This document shows positions 23,900 to 39,900 of a DNA stretch of 55,486 nucleotides, piece by piece. Each line of letters begins with the position of its first letter. Position 1 is the first letter of the stretch. Location of the stretch: assembly GCA_963575745.1 (NCBI GenBank), contig CAUYUJ010000155.1, positions 62,001 to 117,486 on the forward strand, written 5' to 3'. Under the pieces are notes generated by a model. That model was not told where the DNA came from, searched no databases, and worked only from the letters and a program-made list of their open reading frames with translations. Source of the DNA: Prorocentrum cordatum (taxonomy: Eukaryota). A program made the position numbers and the translations under genes.

Positions 23900-24540
23900 G
23901 GGAGGCCCTGGGGGGGCTCTCGAATCGCCACGGAGCGTCCCTGGCCGCCAGGCCTTCCCAGTGCTGGCGCTGCACGGCAGGCAGGGGACACGCTGGCGAG
24001 CGGGGAGGAGCGGCCGAGCACTCAGAGTCGAGCTGGAAGGGCCCAGGACCACAGAAAAGAAATGGACACTCATCCCAGGATTCCCCATATCCCCCAATCT
24101 CTTCTGGAGTTGTCCGTCTTTCCCCCCCCCCACACTTCCCATGTTTACCCATATCTTCCGGGGAATCGACGATGACTTGTATCTCTGTGATCTTTGTTCC
24201 CCTCCTGACGAATCTGGTGCTGCCTGGGGCTGGGCTCTGGAGCACACCCTCGGAGTCCACACACGCGATTGGCCTCCTGGTTTTTCCTGAGGTGGCCAGC
24301 CTCTTGCCGTCGCTCGGACGTCCGTTCCCCGTGCATGCTTCGGCTTCGTGCGTGTATTCTGTGGCCCGATGACCCAGGATGCTCCTCGATGGCCCTCGCC
24401 GGAAAAAAAAACACACACGTCCAAGCGATGCCAAGGACTGGCTTTCTGGTGTTCGGAGCTGGCCAGCCATGCTCAGCGGCGTTCTCTGCGGTCAGGCCCT
24501 TCTGTTGCCGGCGTGCCGCCTCTCACCCTAGCGCCGCGCT
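23900..24540 (-). mobile_element. Probable LINE relic homologous to the end of the APE domain
   Basis: 24330-24440 resembles 41360-41480 and 21670-21790. Confidence 0.4.
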
Positions 24541-24559
24541 TTCGTTTCTTGTTTTTTTT

Positions 24560-25085
24560 ATTTTTGTCAGGGTGTCACGGATGGATGGCGGGTGGTTTTC
24601 AAAATGTGGCTCTCGCCTTGGCGCCGCGCACACTCGTTCAAAACAATTTGCAAGAGCTTCGGCGGGTCGTTTTCAAAATGTGGCTCTCGCCTTGGCGCCG
24701 CGCACACTCGTTCAAAACAATTGCAAGAGGTTCACGGATTGAGGGCGGGTCGTTTTCAAAATGTGGCTCTCGCCTTAGCGCCGCGCACAGTCGCTTGAAC
24801 AAATTGCAAGGATGTCAAGGATTGAAGGCGGGTGGTTTTCAGAATGAGGCTCACGCCTTAGCGCCGCGCACTTTCGTTTCAAAAATGAACCAGAGTTTCA
24901 AGGATTCCCATAATCAACGTACCAGAAATGGGGCTTTGGAAGGATTGAGGCGCAGGCGCAACAGCTACGTTGATTCGCGGTGTTGAAGTCCCAGGACTGG
25001 CGTTCTGGCACGATTCGGGATCGTCAAGGCGCAACAGTGATGTTGATCCGTGGCGTTGGAGTCCCGAGAAAAATGCTTTGGCATG
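24560..25085 (+). repeat. Interspersed element with an internal 74-83 bp tandem (GGCGGGTxGTTTTCAAAATGTGGCTCTCGCCTT…)
   Basis: Units start at 24587, 24661, 24744 and 24827. Both the array and its unique flank recur inverted at 45110-45830, with a partial third copy at ~51400-51740. Confidence 0.85.
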
Positions 25086-26279
25086 CTAACAGGTCTTTAA
25101 ACGGGTGTCTTCCAACGAGACAGTTCCCTCAGTGGAAATGAACCGTTGTACGGGCCTATGTAGAGGGAGCTTGGAGGCAGGGTTTTCTCCAACATCGTGG
25201 ATGACTCTTGGGATTACACTGGTCCTCCTCCTCCTCCTTTTCCTCCTCCTCCTCCTCCTCCTTCTTCTCCCCCCCCCCTTGTTGGAAGGCCGCCACCCCC
25301 GCCCCGCCCCCCCTGGGCGCGCGCCGCCGCGCATGGGAGGCATCCCCCGCCGCGGCATGGGCGGCGGGCAGCACCGCCGCCTCTGACCAACCTGCCCGAC
25401 CAACCCCAACCCCACCCGCAGACCCCCGAAATTCGAATTTGGGGGGTACGGGTTCTCAGAGAGGTACCTCTACCCTCCGGCCGTTTTCCCCTTTTTGGGC
25501 CTCCAGGGCGGTCTTCGTCGCCACCGCTGGATTAGCCTCGAAATCCTGGTCAAGAACGCACCTGGGGAGAGGTCCGGAGAGTGGCGGTATCGGTGCCTTT
25601 TTGGTTTCCCCAGGTTGTTCCATATGTGCTTTTGTTCGATGTTCCCGACAGCCCCCCCACAGGGAATGGATGGCAAATTGGGGCCTCTGGGTCGGGTTGG
25701 GGTGGCTTGGTGGGTGGTGACCCCCCCCCACCCGGGACTCGGCTGTGGAGGCCTGGGCCGAAACGGCTGAAGATGGCTCTGGAGCTCTGGGTGTGCCGGC
25801 GCTGGTGACAGGGAGAGAAGTGGGGTACGGGCTCGGGGGGGAAACCTCGACCTGGAGTTGGCGGTGTATCGCCACTACGCACCTCGGCGATAGGCCTCCG
25901 ATATCGAGACTGCACGTTCCCAGCGATCGGGGGTAGACGTGCTTCCTTTTGAGCCTACTCCCCGCCACGGTGTCCCTGAGCTGATCTCTCTTGGCGATGA
26001 GTCGCTGCCTCTCTGAAACAGCAGGCAGGATCCAGCTCAGGTGCGCGGAAGGCGTCAGCCAAACCAGATGCCAGCGCACCGGCCAACCCTGCAGCGGCAC
26101 GCCCCTTCGTGCCGCGGCCCGTGCCGTGGCCCCTTCCCCGGGTGGCACGGTCCTCCCCCCGGCAGCAGCGTAAACGATGCAACCTCGGGCGCGGGAGCGT
26201 GCCAGCCAAGCCAGCTGATAGGCCAATTTTTCACTACCACTACCAGTAGGTAGGACAAAGGAAAAGGGAGGATAGGAAG

Positions 26280-27260
<981 letters not shown>

Positions 27261-27893
27261 CCTCCTCGCTGTCCTACCTATGGTAGCGGTGGTGGAAAAT
27301 CGGCCCAACATGGCCAGCAGCAGGCGCACCCGCAGGCGGACGCCGAAGCCGACGGCGGCGGCAACGCGGAGGGGGCGGCCGCGGCCTCTGCCGGCCTCTG
27401 GCAGTCTGAGCTGACGCCTCTCCGACCGCGCCGGCCCGCGCGGGGCGCTCTCCTCGGGCCCGGCGACCGCCTCGGGGGAGAGGCTGAGGGGAGCGGGATG
27501 GGGAGGGGAAGCCCGCATCCATTCTCCACGGCCTCCTCTTGACCTGAAGAAGGCTGGATGGCACAACCTCGCCGAGGGGGAGGCGGAGTCATCGTCGCAC
27601 GCCGGACTGGTCGGTGGGAGGCTGAGGGGGACGACGGAGAAGGGGAGGCGGAGGGGGGAGGGGGCGCGCCCGACGCAGCCGCGATTCGGGCTCTGGGAAG
27701 AGAAAAAAAAGGAAGGAGCAGGACAGGGGCGTGGGGAAACAGGGGCCCCCACCTCCCTGCCCCATGCTCCCCCCCCTCCAGTTCCTCCTGTTCCTGCTCC
27801 CCCTCCCCCTCCCCTCCTGCTCCCCTACCTACTCATCCTGTTCCACCTCCCCTTCCGTTCCTACTCCCCCTCCCTTCCTCAGGTTCCTCCGTT

Positions 27894-28027
27894 CGTTGCC
27901 GAATTATTGCCAAATCTCCTCGGATGATCACCACGATGATCTGATTAACGCTGATTACATGTTACTTCACCTCGCTAGCGAAGAGGATCCCGCGCTTCCG
28001 GCATGCTCTGGAAAAGAAACACCAACC
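27894..28027 (-). repeat. 3' LTR
   Basis: Aligns without gaps to 35287-35420. I count 30 mismatches in 134 positions (~78% identity). TG…CA ends are degenerate. Confidence 0.88.
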
Positions 28028-31000
28028 AGGTAGATTTACCTCAGCATGATGATGGTATCTCTTTCTGGTGGGGTAGCGCACTTAATAATGATAAACCCTG
28101 AACTGCGCGGCTCGAGCCCAGAAAAGGGGCTACTGGCGAGCTGCTGCACACGTTTCGTGCCTGACCTGCTCTCGACTCGATCTCCGTTATATCAAATCAG
28201 CTTTGGGCGCATCGCTCTCTGAACGCGAACACGCTTGCTTTACAATAAAATTGCCGCCTCTGCGAAACACGGTGCACAGCACGACCGTGCACCTCAACTA
28301 TCAGGCGCAGAAATATTGGCGTAGAAACAAATCGCAGCTCAACGCTTTAGCCGCGAACAGAAATCCGCCGATCAAGCAGGGGTGGTCTTTAGGCCTTCAA
28401 GCGTCTATTACGCGACACGGGGTCGCCGATAATATGGCTAACGCGTGCGTTGGGTCGAAGTCGCAACAACCTGCATAGCTGCAGCTAGCAAAAGTGCATA
28501 AGCGTGCAACATTGACCACGCACACACCTTTTTCATCAGACTATGCAAAGGCTGTCTGCCCAGCTTACCTGTTTGCCATGCCGTGGACACGCAAAACCGG
28601 GCGCCAATCTTATAGTGGCGTTGCAAAGCTTTGGTCCTTAAGAGCTCGCGAACCTAATTATTCTTTTTACCCAAAAAAAATGCATGCTGAGAACTTCAAA
28701 CGGTCAGCCTACAAATAGCTGACCAGAGGACCAGAGCCTGCAAAAGCCTCGCGGCTCAAAGCGAAGTCGCCGAACTCACGAATGCCCGTATCTTCCGCGC
28801 CGTTTGCGGTCTGAAACGAGCATCCTCGAGGGACGATGGGAGAATCCGATTGTGCATCTCGGCACTGCATGCTCCCACTGCACATGATTATGGTTGCCCC
28901 CCTGGAACGTAAACACCAGATACTGACATGCACTTGGCTACTTGTCCGCATGTGTCAGAACAATCGCATACCCTCTCATCATCAATGATTGCGCCATACT
29001 TTTCTGCATCGCTTGGAGCGCGATCAGCACTACCACCCACTGCATTCAACGACACTGGCATCCTGATCTTGCGACCCGCCCGGGCAATACTTCACGCAAC
29101 GACACAAACAATTGACCCGCTTCAAGTTTGAAGCAATAAGCTTCTCCACAACACGCTGCAGCGAGCTCGCATATATCACGATGCCCATTCTGGCATGCAC
29201 CAGCCATGTCACTGCTCCCAAAAGAACCAAGAAGCACGCGTTCAACTCCTCGGTGAGCAGCTGCGCGTCACGCAACTTCTCGGAGCACGCAGCCGCCCGC
29301 GCCTCAGTGGACGCCGCAAACCCGCACTGAGCCCAAACAAAACACTTTCCCATCTTCAACTGCGCGATGTCGAATACTGGCGTGCACGAACGATTGTTCG
29401 ATTTGATGTGCACGTGGTTTCCGTATTCGTTCTGCAAAACCTGGCGAAACTGCAACAGCGCCATCTTGACCCCAGTGGCCTCGTAGTCGCCCACGTGGGC
29501 ACTCACCACCACAATGGGCCCATTCCCCTCGAACGTCATAAAAGATCTCGGGGCCTGATACCGCACGTCGGGCATTTTCGTCCTTCAGCAGCTTGCCAGC
29601 GCTCACAGAGAACAGAATAGGCGCGTCGATCAATCCGAAACCTCCCTCCAACATCTGCCAACATTCAGCGGCATGACTGAACCTCTCAGAGCCCTTGATG
29701 ACCCGTAAAATAACGCGGCCCGCAGGTTCCACTCCACCTCATCCGCGGGGCAATTTCATTGAAACCTGCCCCGCCAATATAAGCAATCGGCCATCCTGAC
29801 CGAACCGCGGCCGCGACCGGGGCTCGTTGTCCCAAAAGACATGCTGTTACACCGAACTGATCGAGACGCCCTCGCTCCATGCGAATCTGAATCTCACGGT
29901 CCACGTCCCATCGCTTTGTAGCTTCCGCGCGAGCACCCATCGCGACGTCAACAGGTTCCCAGCACCCACATTGCTCTGACGCCTGGTAAACTTCTTCTCC
30001 ACCCACGGGGATGGCTCTGCCAAGGCTGCTGCATCAGCCGACTCTGGCTTCTTCTTCAAATCCTCATCAAGCATCGCCATGTCGGACTGTGTCTCGTTGG
30101 CCTAGATCAGCGTTCTCTCGGCGCTGGCCTCGCCCACGTGTAAAACGCACGTCTCCGCGCTGCAACCCTGCATCTTCCGGCACACATCCGCTCGACTAAG
30201 CCGGGCCCACGAGCAACCAGATCCCCGCTGGTTGCCGCAGGATCACCCCCACCACGTTGCGATTATCCTTGGTGAACCTGTCGGCAAGGGTTCCCGCATC
30301 ATTGCCGTATCCCGACACTGTCTGCTCATATCCCAGCAGAGCGCCTTCCAAATCGAATTTCGTCTCGGCCGGCGTCTCAGAGAGAACCACGATACTCCAC
30401 TCACCCTCATCAGTTCGACGCACATCATGCGGATCTTCAATTGCATGTTCCTGCTGCCAGGTTGCCCAAAACTCCGCATCTGGCCCCCTGTCGCCATCGC
30501 CTGCGGCAATCATTCGTTCATCGCCCTCTCCCCGATCTGAAGCGTCATTGGTGGATACCGTCGGTAGAAACACGGGCAAATTAGTATGCTGATCCGCCTG
30601 CAACCCATAAGCTAAAGGCACTCCTGGCTCTTCCTGTCTAGCTTGTTCAACACTGATGAAGCCATCTAAAAAAGGCTGCACCAAGACCGCGGGCCCCCGG
30701 CCACCGCTCTCGCCAAGCAATACCTCCACGCCAACGCTACGGCTGCCATCAACGATGACACACGCGCAATAATTGTCGTGGTTCTGCAACCAGAACGCCA
30801 ACACACCGCCCAGGGCCCCACAACTCAGCGAATTTACGCGTGAATCTCCATGAGCACAAACTCCCGCCAAGCAACTCTGAATCTTCATCAGATCGCGCGC
30901 GTCATCCAGAAACGCATCAAGCACCACATTGCGCGCGATCGAACTCGCCGTCAACTGCCAACCTGCCCCCGCGCGCATCCAGACCCGAACTGCATCATTA

Positions 31001-32689
31001 TTCCGCCGCGCGCGCGTGGAATTCATCACGCACTTCCAGGCGTAGAACACACCGTCGGGTTGAAAAAAGGGCGACACACGTCGATCCTTTTGGCTTCTGG
31101 GGAGACTCCCGGAAGATCTCCACCGAGTCTCCACTCTGCAGACCCATCTGCACCCTGGCCAACGGCGTTCGCGATCGCGGGCCAATCGTGGGCGAATACC
31201 AGCCTAAGACGGCAGTGCAATAACCTCTGGTATCTCTCGCAGACGACGTACATGTTCAGGGCAACCCACCCCAAATTCATCTTGCATTCTGGACTCGGCA
31301 ACGCCGTCTTCAATACAAGGCAACCGCCCGGGAATCCGTCAACACAGCGAGTGCCATGGAGCACCTGGCCGAGTAGCCAATAAAAGACGCTTGGCGGACA
31401 CTACCTCCGAAAGCACCCCTGCGATGCCCACCCCGATGCTGCCGCCTTGCAACTGAGACTGAGCGCGATCAAGTTGCGCGCGCAATATCCCGCGGTACAT
31501 TTCAGCGATCCAGGCCTTCTTGTCTTCGGCTTCACGATCAGCTCGGCGCCCCATCTCGCGGCCCATGTCTTCGCCTCGCATCTGCCCGCAGCAACCCCCA
31601 CACACACACACACACACACCATAGCATCTCATAAGCAGCGGAAGGCCAAACATTCTAAACCGACTATAAGTCATCACGTTGAGTATGGCGCGCGTCTCTT
31701 CGTCAAAACATGTTCTGCCAACATCCGTCTAATGCACTCACTCATCGATCAGATGCAACATGAGAATGCTCCTCTTGTGGGCGCCTGTCTCGCCCGAGCG
31801 AAATGTCAAACTACCCCAGGTTGTTCGGTTGAACCGCATGCGGCTCCGCACTGCAGCCGAACTCGCGGCGCCCCTCGAGCCCATGTCTTGCAGATTTGCA
31901 CGCGCCCACAACTTCTGCGAGATGCCGCATGGCATCATGTGCAACACGCCATTTGGGCACTAGTCGCACGATAGCATCGCGAGTAAAAGATTCGAAAGGC
32001 CTTCCGCTTGGTCATGACATCCACATAGCGAAGCAATCTCATCACATGCCGAAAATTAGAATGACCGGTCACCAGTGGGCCTTCGTCACCTTGCGGCACC
32101 AAAACGCCCATGGCCTTGATCTCGCGATCGAGCGTCTCTTCCGCGACGTAACCCTGTCAAGAATACTCGACCTTCAGCACTCGACACTGGCGGCGCCGGC
32201 ACTACTGCTCCTGCGTCCGCCCCTCCTGCCGCTGCCTCCGTAAAGGCTCCTTCTGCGCGTGGGGTAACCGCTTCTGGCGTCTCCGCTGCAAGTTCTCCAT
32301 CTTCAATTTCCCCGTCTTTTGGATCGTCGAACTCACGCCAGTCAGCAGGCGCTGCCACTCTCCGCCAAGCCCCTGCTGCTTCGACTTCCTCAGGGCGCGC
32401 GTCAGAACCAATATCAACCTAAACCCCATGTCCGACTGGTCCAGCGCGAACAAGCGCCCATCAACTCGCTGATGTCTTGGCACACGCGCTCCTGCTGGTC
32501 GGCCCTGTCTTCCTGCTGTCTCGAAACCCCGCGTGCATACTCCGCCTGTTTGCTCGACTCGGCGCGAGCAGGGCCTGCTCGCGCTTCCCCTTGCCAGCGC
32601 GCAAACACTTCTCGTCAACGGGGGCCACAATCCGCGCAAGGGCAGGGTGTCCTGAAGATCGGTGGCGCTCGCGCCCAGGGCATGCTCTC

Positions 32690-33375
32690 TCAGGTTAGTG
32701 ATCCAGGCTCGGATAGCGCTCGCGATCATCACGCGCGCGCTGCCACTGTCGACGACGCAGTAGTCGATAACCTCCCGGGGCCAAACGCTGCGCCAGTCTC
32801 CATGGCCACACCTGAGAAACAGCCGCACCAACGCCTCCGAGCATCGCGTGGACACCTTCACAAGCTCCAGGGTCATCTTCGCACTCGAGTTCGTCGACGA
32901 CGAGTGTCTGCTTGCACTTGGCAGTACGAGCTCCCGTCTGACGCGCGAGAGTCACCAACAACTACGCGCGGATGCGATCGCGCCTCCAGCCAGCGTTCAT
33001 ACGCATGCACGTCGCTTGCGGCAGGCTGCCCATGGAGCCAACCACACCAACCCTCAATTGAGCAAGAGCAGCCACTGCACAAAAGGGCGACAACACGAGC
33101 GCGTTGGTTGAGATATCGTCCAAAGTCTCCACAAACAAATGCACGTTCGTATGCGACCAACCGCGCGCAGGGCCGAAAGGCCGACATATCGGAACCACGA
33201 TCACCACGCGAGCCCCGCAAAGTGCTGTAGTTCAAGAACGCTCATAGCTCGCTGATTTGCGTTAAGCCCGCACCAAAACATACATGAAAATCCCGAGCCA
33301 CTCAAATTCGATGTCGCACCTATATGACGGAAGTTCTCGCTCGAGTGGCCACCGGCAATCTCACAGGCACCGAAC
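32690..33375 (-). pseudogene. Degenerate C5 cytosine-methyltransferase-like domain inside the Copia element
   Basis: Across frameshifts, in order: CEIAGG…ARTS (motif I-like), RDFHVCFGAGL, VIVVPICRPFG (motif IV PxC-like), WLHGQPAAS (motif VI-like), then CEGVH…VSQVWPWRLA. Confidence 0.55.
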
Positions 33376-35269
33376 TCCTGATCTGCCACCTTCGACTGAC
33401 ATATGCCCGCGGCCTCCATGCCGTTGAAGATCTGCGCGAAGGGAGGGTTCCCCATGTCGCCACGTGGCGCCCCCCACAAGCCGACGAACACACGAGGTTG
33501 AAAAACTGCGTCATCTGCACCTTCGAGATGGTCGAACTGAGCATCCTTCTTGCCATCCACAATTTCGCCGTCTGAGAATCCAGGCGATATCGTCGCACCC
33601 TTGCCCCATCCAACCCAGCCCAGCACGCGGCCACCGTGGCGATTTCTCGTGGAAGTTCGAACGGTTGGCTGCGGAACTTGCGACGGCTCTGCTGCCTTCT
33701 CCTCGGGCTCTCATCGCGGCCCGCTCTCTGTGTCCGATTGTCCTCCGGCGCTGCTGGCAGCGTGAAGAATAGGTTGCCGTTGCCCGCAGCAACAACTGCC
33801 CCTGTCTCTGTTAACCCTATCATGTCGGCTCTGGACGGGAGGGCACGCCGTCTAGGACCGAAATGATACCACTGACGATGGCCCTGCGGTTTTCCACTCT
33901 GATCTCTGCCAACTCGCTACGCTCGTCAAAGGAGAACTTCATGACCGCACCGTATCTGCCAGAAGCTCCATGAGCGCCGATGATATCTACATGCGCAGAC
34001 TCGACGACCTCAAATTGTCGGTGGAACCGCACTGCAACTGACCACGGCCACCTGCTGCACGAGAATGATGACAGTCTGCGTCGCGGACATCTGCCGCGCG
34101 CTTGCTCTTTTTGGAGCGAAGATGACAGAGGCAACAAGGCGACGAACGGTGAGGCATGTCGCGAAACAGCCCGAAACTACCCCGCCGTTCCGCGCCACTG
34201 AACTTGCTCCGCAATGTGTGAGCCTAGCAAGAACCAAGACAGAATCTCCTGGTGGATCTATTGCGAGCCCCCAACCACGATGAATCCAAGGACGTAGTTC
34301 GCGACACCATACGAGCGCGCAGACATCGCTCAACTAGTCGCTGCTACCAGTGGGCAATTTCGCTAACCATCACAACGCATCAGCGATGAACGTTCTCCTC
34401 CGCGATGGCTCCATCACGGCATTCCACTCCTCGCCTGCTGACTCAGCAGCCGATCCCGAAGACGGCGGCGCCGCCTCCCGGACGAGGAAGCCCGCCGCGC
34501 GCGCTGTGTTAGGCTGAAAGGTCCCAGCTAACCGACATATCATCCGACGTCGACGTCCTGGTCACAAGCGAAAGAAACCCAGTACCAGCGGCGGCCCTGT
34601 TCGCGCCGCTCGCGTTGCGGCTCGACATCGCCACGTTGCTGGTCTGGGAGGAACGGCCGCCTTTCTCCCCACGGAACCCGCTGATCGGGACCTGCCAGCG
34701 GCCAGACTTTGCCTTGAGCATCTAAGTGTCTGCTGCAAGGCGAAGCCTCAACCATGCCCCACAAGGCCCCGGGAACCAAATCTGACCCGTCCTGCATTGG
34801 GCGAGGGCGCCATTGCGCGCCAGACTCCGATTGCCAACGAGGCCCGCCATGCCAGAATTCAAGGCACAGCGACAAGAAGACGTCTCCGTGATAAACGCCG
34901 TCGGCGCCCACCATGTCCGTCGTCAACTCCACCTCGCAGTCGGCCCGCTGCGAACCGTTGCCGACGCCTGCAACGCATCGCGGCTTGACCAGGGCCTGCT
35001 GACCCACCTTCCTGCCGCGCTCCGCAAACTCGGCGACCACGGTGGCGGGTTTGTCATGCTGCCTCTCATGATGCTCCAATTTCGCGGATCTGGAACCTGA
35101 TGCCCATAAGGCCAAGCTGGGCGTGCTCGTTTTGCTCGCACTGCTCGGCCAACTCCGATAGTATGAAGTCCCACTGGCTGTCTGAACATCCTGATGAAGA
35201 CAGGCATGTAGACGCTATGATGATTGTCGCGTATTGGATTTCCGTACCCGTGGAGCTGACGGCGTACCA

Positions 35270-35281
35270 GCTCCGCTACCA
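35270..35281 (-). promoter_or_regulatory. Putative primer-binding site (TGGTAGCGGAGC, resembling the complement of the initiator tRNA-Met 3' end)
   Basis: Lies 5 nt inside the 5' LTR and begins with TGG (complement of CCA). It resembles the TGGTA(G/T)CAGAG iMet PBS. Confidence 0.55.
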
Positions 35282-35286
35282 GCTAG

Positions 35287-35420
35287 AGTTGCCGAACATT
35301 TGTCAAATCTCCACTGAAGATCACCCCGATGATGCGATTGATGCTGAGTAGTTAATACTTCATATCGCTAGCGAAGACAATCTAGCGGTTCTGGCAAGCT
35401 CCGGAAAAGAAACACCAGCA
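35287..35420 (-). repeat. 5' LTR
   Basis: Direct repeat of 27894-28027, ending in CA on the + strand. Confidence 0.88.
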
Positions 35421-35629
35421 CGATCAGCATCCACCTTCGTTGCCCCTTATTAGTGCTCATCCGTTCACCGGACCCCGCTCAAACTGCGGGCTCGGGTGAT
35501 CAAGTCAGGGGCCGACCCATGTCACGAGGGCACACCCGAGGTCATCACCCCTCCTCCTTCCCAATCCTCCCCACTCCCTTCTCTTTCCTCCAGCTCGCTT
35601 TTCTCCGTCCTCCCTCCTACGCTGCATCC

Positions 35630-36960
<1,331 letters not shown>

Positions 36961-36999
36961 TCCTCCTCGTACCTCCCCCGTCCTCCCGGCGAGGCAGCA

Positions 37000-39900
37000 C
37001 CAACGGCAGCGAAACGCGGCTGCAGCGCTGCCGCGGCCGACTCGCAGCGCTCGCCGCGCGCAAGCCAGGCGGGGGCTCTCACTCGCCAGCGCTATGGCGT
37101 CGGCGGCGGCGGGACCTTGGGCGGCGCCAGTGAAGGCCTGCAGTCCCGCTTCTGGTTGGGCAGATCGGAAGCGTTCAGCTGGTGCATCCTCGGAAGTCGG
37201 GGCTGGAGGACCGAGGACCGAGAAGAAGGAGGGAAAGGGAAGAGAATGGAGAAGAAGGAAGAGGAGGAAGAGGAGGAGGAGAAGGAGGGAGGAGCGAGAA
37301 GGTACAAAGCATAGAGACGCAAGCCAGTCTCTGGCCAGCGTTTAGAAGCGACATGATAGCTACGGCGCAACCCTTGAAGCCCGCCTCGCAAACTCGAAAG
37401 TAGGATAACTATCCACCTGTAAAATGATGCCCCGCGAGAATATTGACGAGAGCCTCTTTGCCCCTTCTCCGAGCGTCCCCTGCAAAGTTTCTTCATAAGA
37501 GGCCCCGGCCTCTTCGAACAGTAAGCCCCAGTCCCAAAATAACCTGTAGGGCCCTTTGCGCCCCACCCTGTGGCCAAGGGGTGCGAAACAATTCTCGCCC
37601 TGCCCCGTCGCTGTCGCTTCCCCAGAGGCATTCGCACAGGCCCTAGGGTCCCCAGGCACTGGACCAGCCAAAACCCTCTGACGCAGGACTCAGAACGAAC
37701 GGTGGAACAGGCCTCTTAAGATCCCCACCCAACGCCGAAGTCCATATTGGCACGGAAGACCTGGAACCGCATGAGAATTTGCCTGACCCACCGGCGAGGT
37801 GCTTTTAGGTTGCGGGAATCCGAGACCGCGCTAAACACCTTCTGCAAACCAAATGGCCGTGTTGCAAAACTCTCAACCCATGCTCCCAGAGTCCACGAAG
37901 ATTATTGAACAATGCCCCGCGGGCACGAGGACGACACTTGTATTCGCGAGCACGAGCCGAGATTTCTCCATCGTCACTCTCTCTGTCTCTCTGGGCGCGG
38001 CAATCTGAGCACCAGCCCGCGCGAAATACTTCGCACGGCTCTCGCACATCTTTGAATTATCGGCGGCATTCTCGACCCCAGCGTCAGCCACTCCATGATC
38101 GTTGGCCCCCAGCCGCGCGAAGAAATCAGCCCAACAATTGCCTCTCTGCTAGCGCGGGGGCTCATCTGGGCGGGCCTGCAGAAAATCACACGCGTCTGAA
38201 TGAGCAGGGGCCCATTCCAAAGACGAGGGCTCTGAACCAGGCCTGCACATGCCAAAGATCCGACGCCAGACCGAGCAGCGCGGTCCTCCTGCGGCCCCAA
38301 AGCTGGGACTCCAGTCCTGGCACCCCCAGACGGCCCTATGGAGATCCGAGACCAGTACCTGGACCCCAGGATTGCGATGCTGAGCTCTGAGCAACGCAAT
38401 CCGCTCGGCCACGCCGACCGTCTGGGCGGGGCCTGGGAGCGGGCCACGATAAGCTCTGACAAGAATCCCTTCCCTCTCCAGCTGAACCACCGCCCACCCA
38501 CATCTTCGAGGCTCGATCCAGGCACCGCGCAAGCCTGGCCCGTCCGCCAAGGCCTCGCGGGGCCAGGAGCTGGGTCAAGACCCCCAGTCTCCCGCAGCGA
38601 AGCTGACCTCATGGGAGCCCGCGGGGCGCAGAGGCAGTGGCCCACAATGCCCCAGCTTTCGTTGCCGAAGACGCCCGCGGCGCGCTCGCTGAGGCGACCC
38701 CTGCCCCGGCTCATCTCCAGGCCCCACTCAGGCAGCCCCTCCGCGACCTCACCATCCGCCCCCCCCCCAAAAAAAAAAACGCATTCCTCACGCGCCCAAG
38801 CGCGCCGCGCGCCTGCTTGGCGCAGCACTCGGGGCGAGGACAGATCAGCGATTTCAGCGGCCTCCTCTCGCGCCTCTTGACCGCCGTTATGTAGCCACCT
38901 GACCAGAACGATCTGAGCGCTTCCGCTAAGCGCGGCCGGCCGACCGCGCCGTCAAACCGCCCCACAACGAGCGGAATGGCACAAATGCAAATCACCTCGC
39001 TGCCGTCGAGGCGCTAAGAGATGCGCCCGCTGATCTGGCGACCCTGCCAGCGTCGCACACGCGCCCTTGAGCAGCTGCTTGATATCTTCGGGGGGGCGTC
39101 GTCATCAGCAAGAAACACTGGCCCTCGTCGCCGGCGAAGACCGCGCTGCTCGCCATGCCCCATCCAACCCTGCGCCGGCTAAACCAGCAGGCCGCCAGCG
39201 GCCCTCGCACGCCACTCCAAGACGGCCCCCGCAGCGCCCACTTCTCCGCCGGCACTCGCGAAGCGCGCCCCAACCTGCCCACCTCGAGCCGCTGGCCCGC
39301 GCGAAGCACGCGCGCGTGCTCGCGGCCCCCAGCGCGGCCACACAGCCACCGCGCCTGTCGCTCTTCGAGGCCAGGCGCGCCGCGATGCTCGCCCCGCCCG
39401 GCTCGACCCCGCGCGCCGCCGCCGACCGCCTCGACTGCTCGGCAAGGGCAGGGATGCCAGCGACAGCAGAAACACGCGCGCAAGACGGCGCCAGCCCTGA
39501 TCGCCTGAGCGCCTGGACCTTCGCACCGGCCGCCCCGCGCAAGATCTTCACTCTCTGCACGCGCCCCATCAACTTGTCAAGACGCACCCTCGCCACCAGG
39601 CGCGCCGCGCGCCTCGAGTCGAGGTCGCGCACGAAGTTGCGGATCACCTCTTGGGCATGCTGCGCCGTCTCTTGGCCCAGGTGCCGAACGCTGCGCCGGC
39701 GACCCCCCCGACGCAGGCGAACCCCAACTTCGTCGGCCGCGCGATGGGCCCTCGGCCCCGAGACCCCCCGAAGGGCCCCCGCGGCAGAGGCGAACTTCTT
39801 GGCGCGAGCCAATTCAGCGCCAATCCACCACAGCGCTGCGTCGCCCACCAGGGCACGCGCCGCGACGGACCTCCACCCGCTCTCCGCCTGAACGAGCGCC

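Larger units (their letters stand above)
27894..35420 (-). mobile_element. Decayed Ty1/Copia-order LTR retrotransposon
   Basis: 134-bp direct repeats at both ends. Minus-strand domain order: protease-like (GLAIDP…VDIIG, ~33900-34290), MTase-like, integrase (CxxC-W with frameshift, LHLIDE, FGLP; ~31350-32050), then RT (LTSRWVLARK, GFGLIDAP, SAHVGD; ~29300-30000). Integrase upstream of RT is the Copia order. Many stops and frameshifts. Confidence 0.88.

Noticed and set aside
24587..24890. CRISPR-like ~80-bp periodicity
   Set aside because: Whole units are homologous, with no unique spacers.
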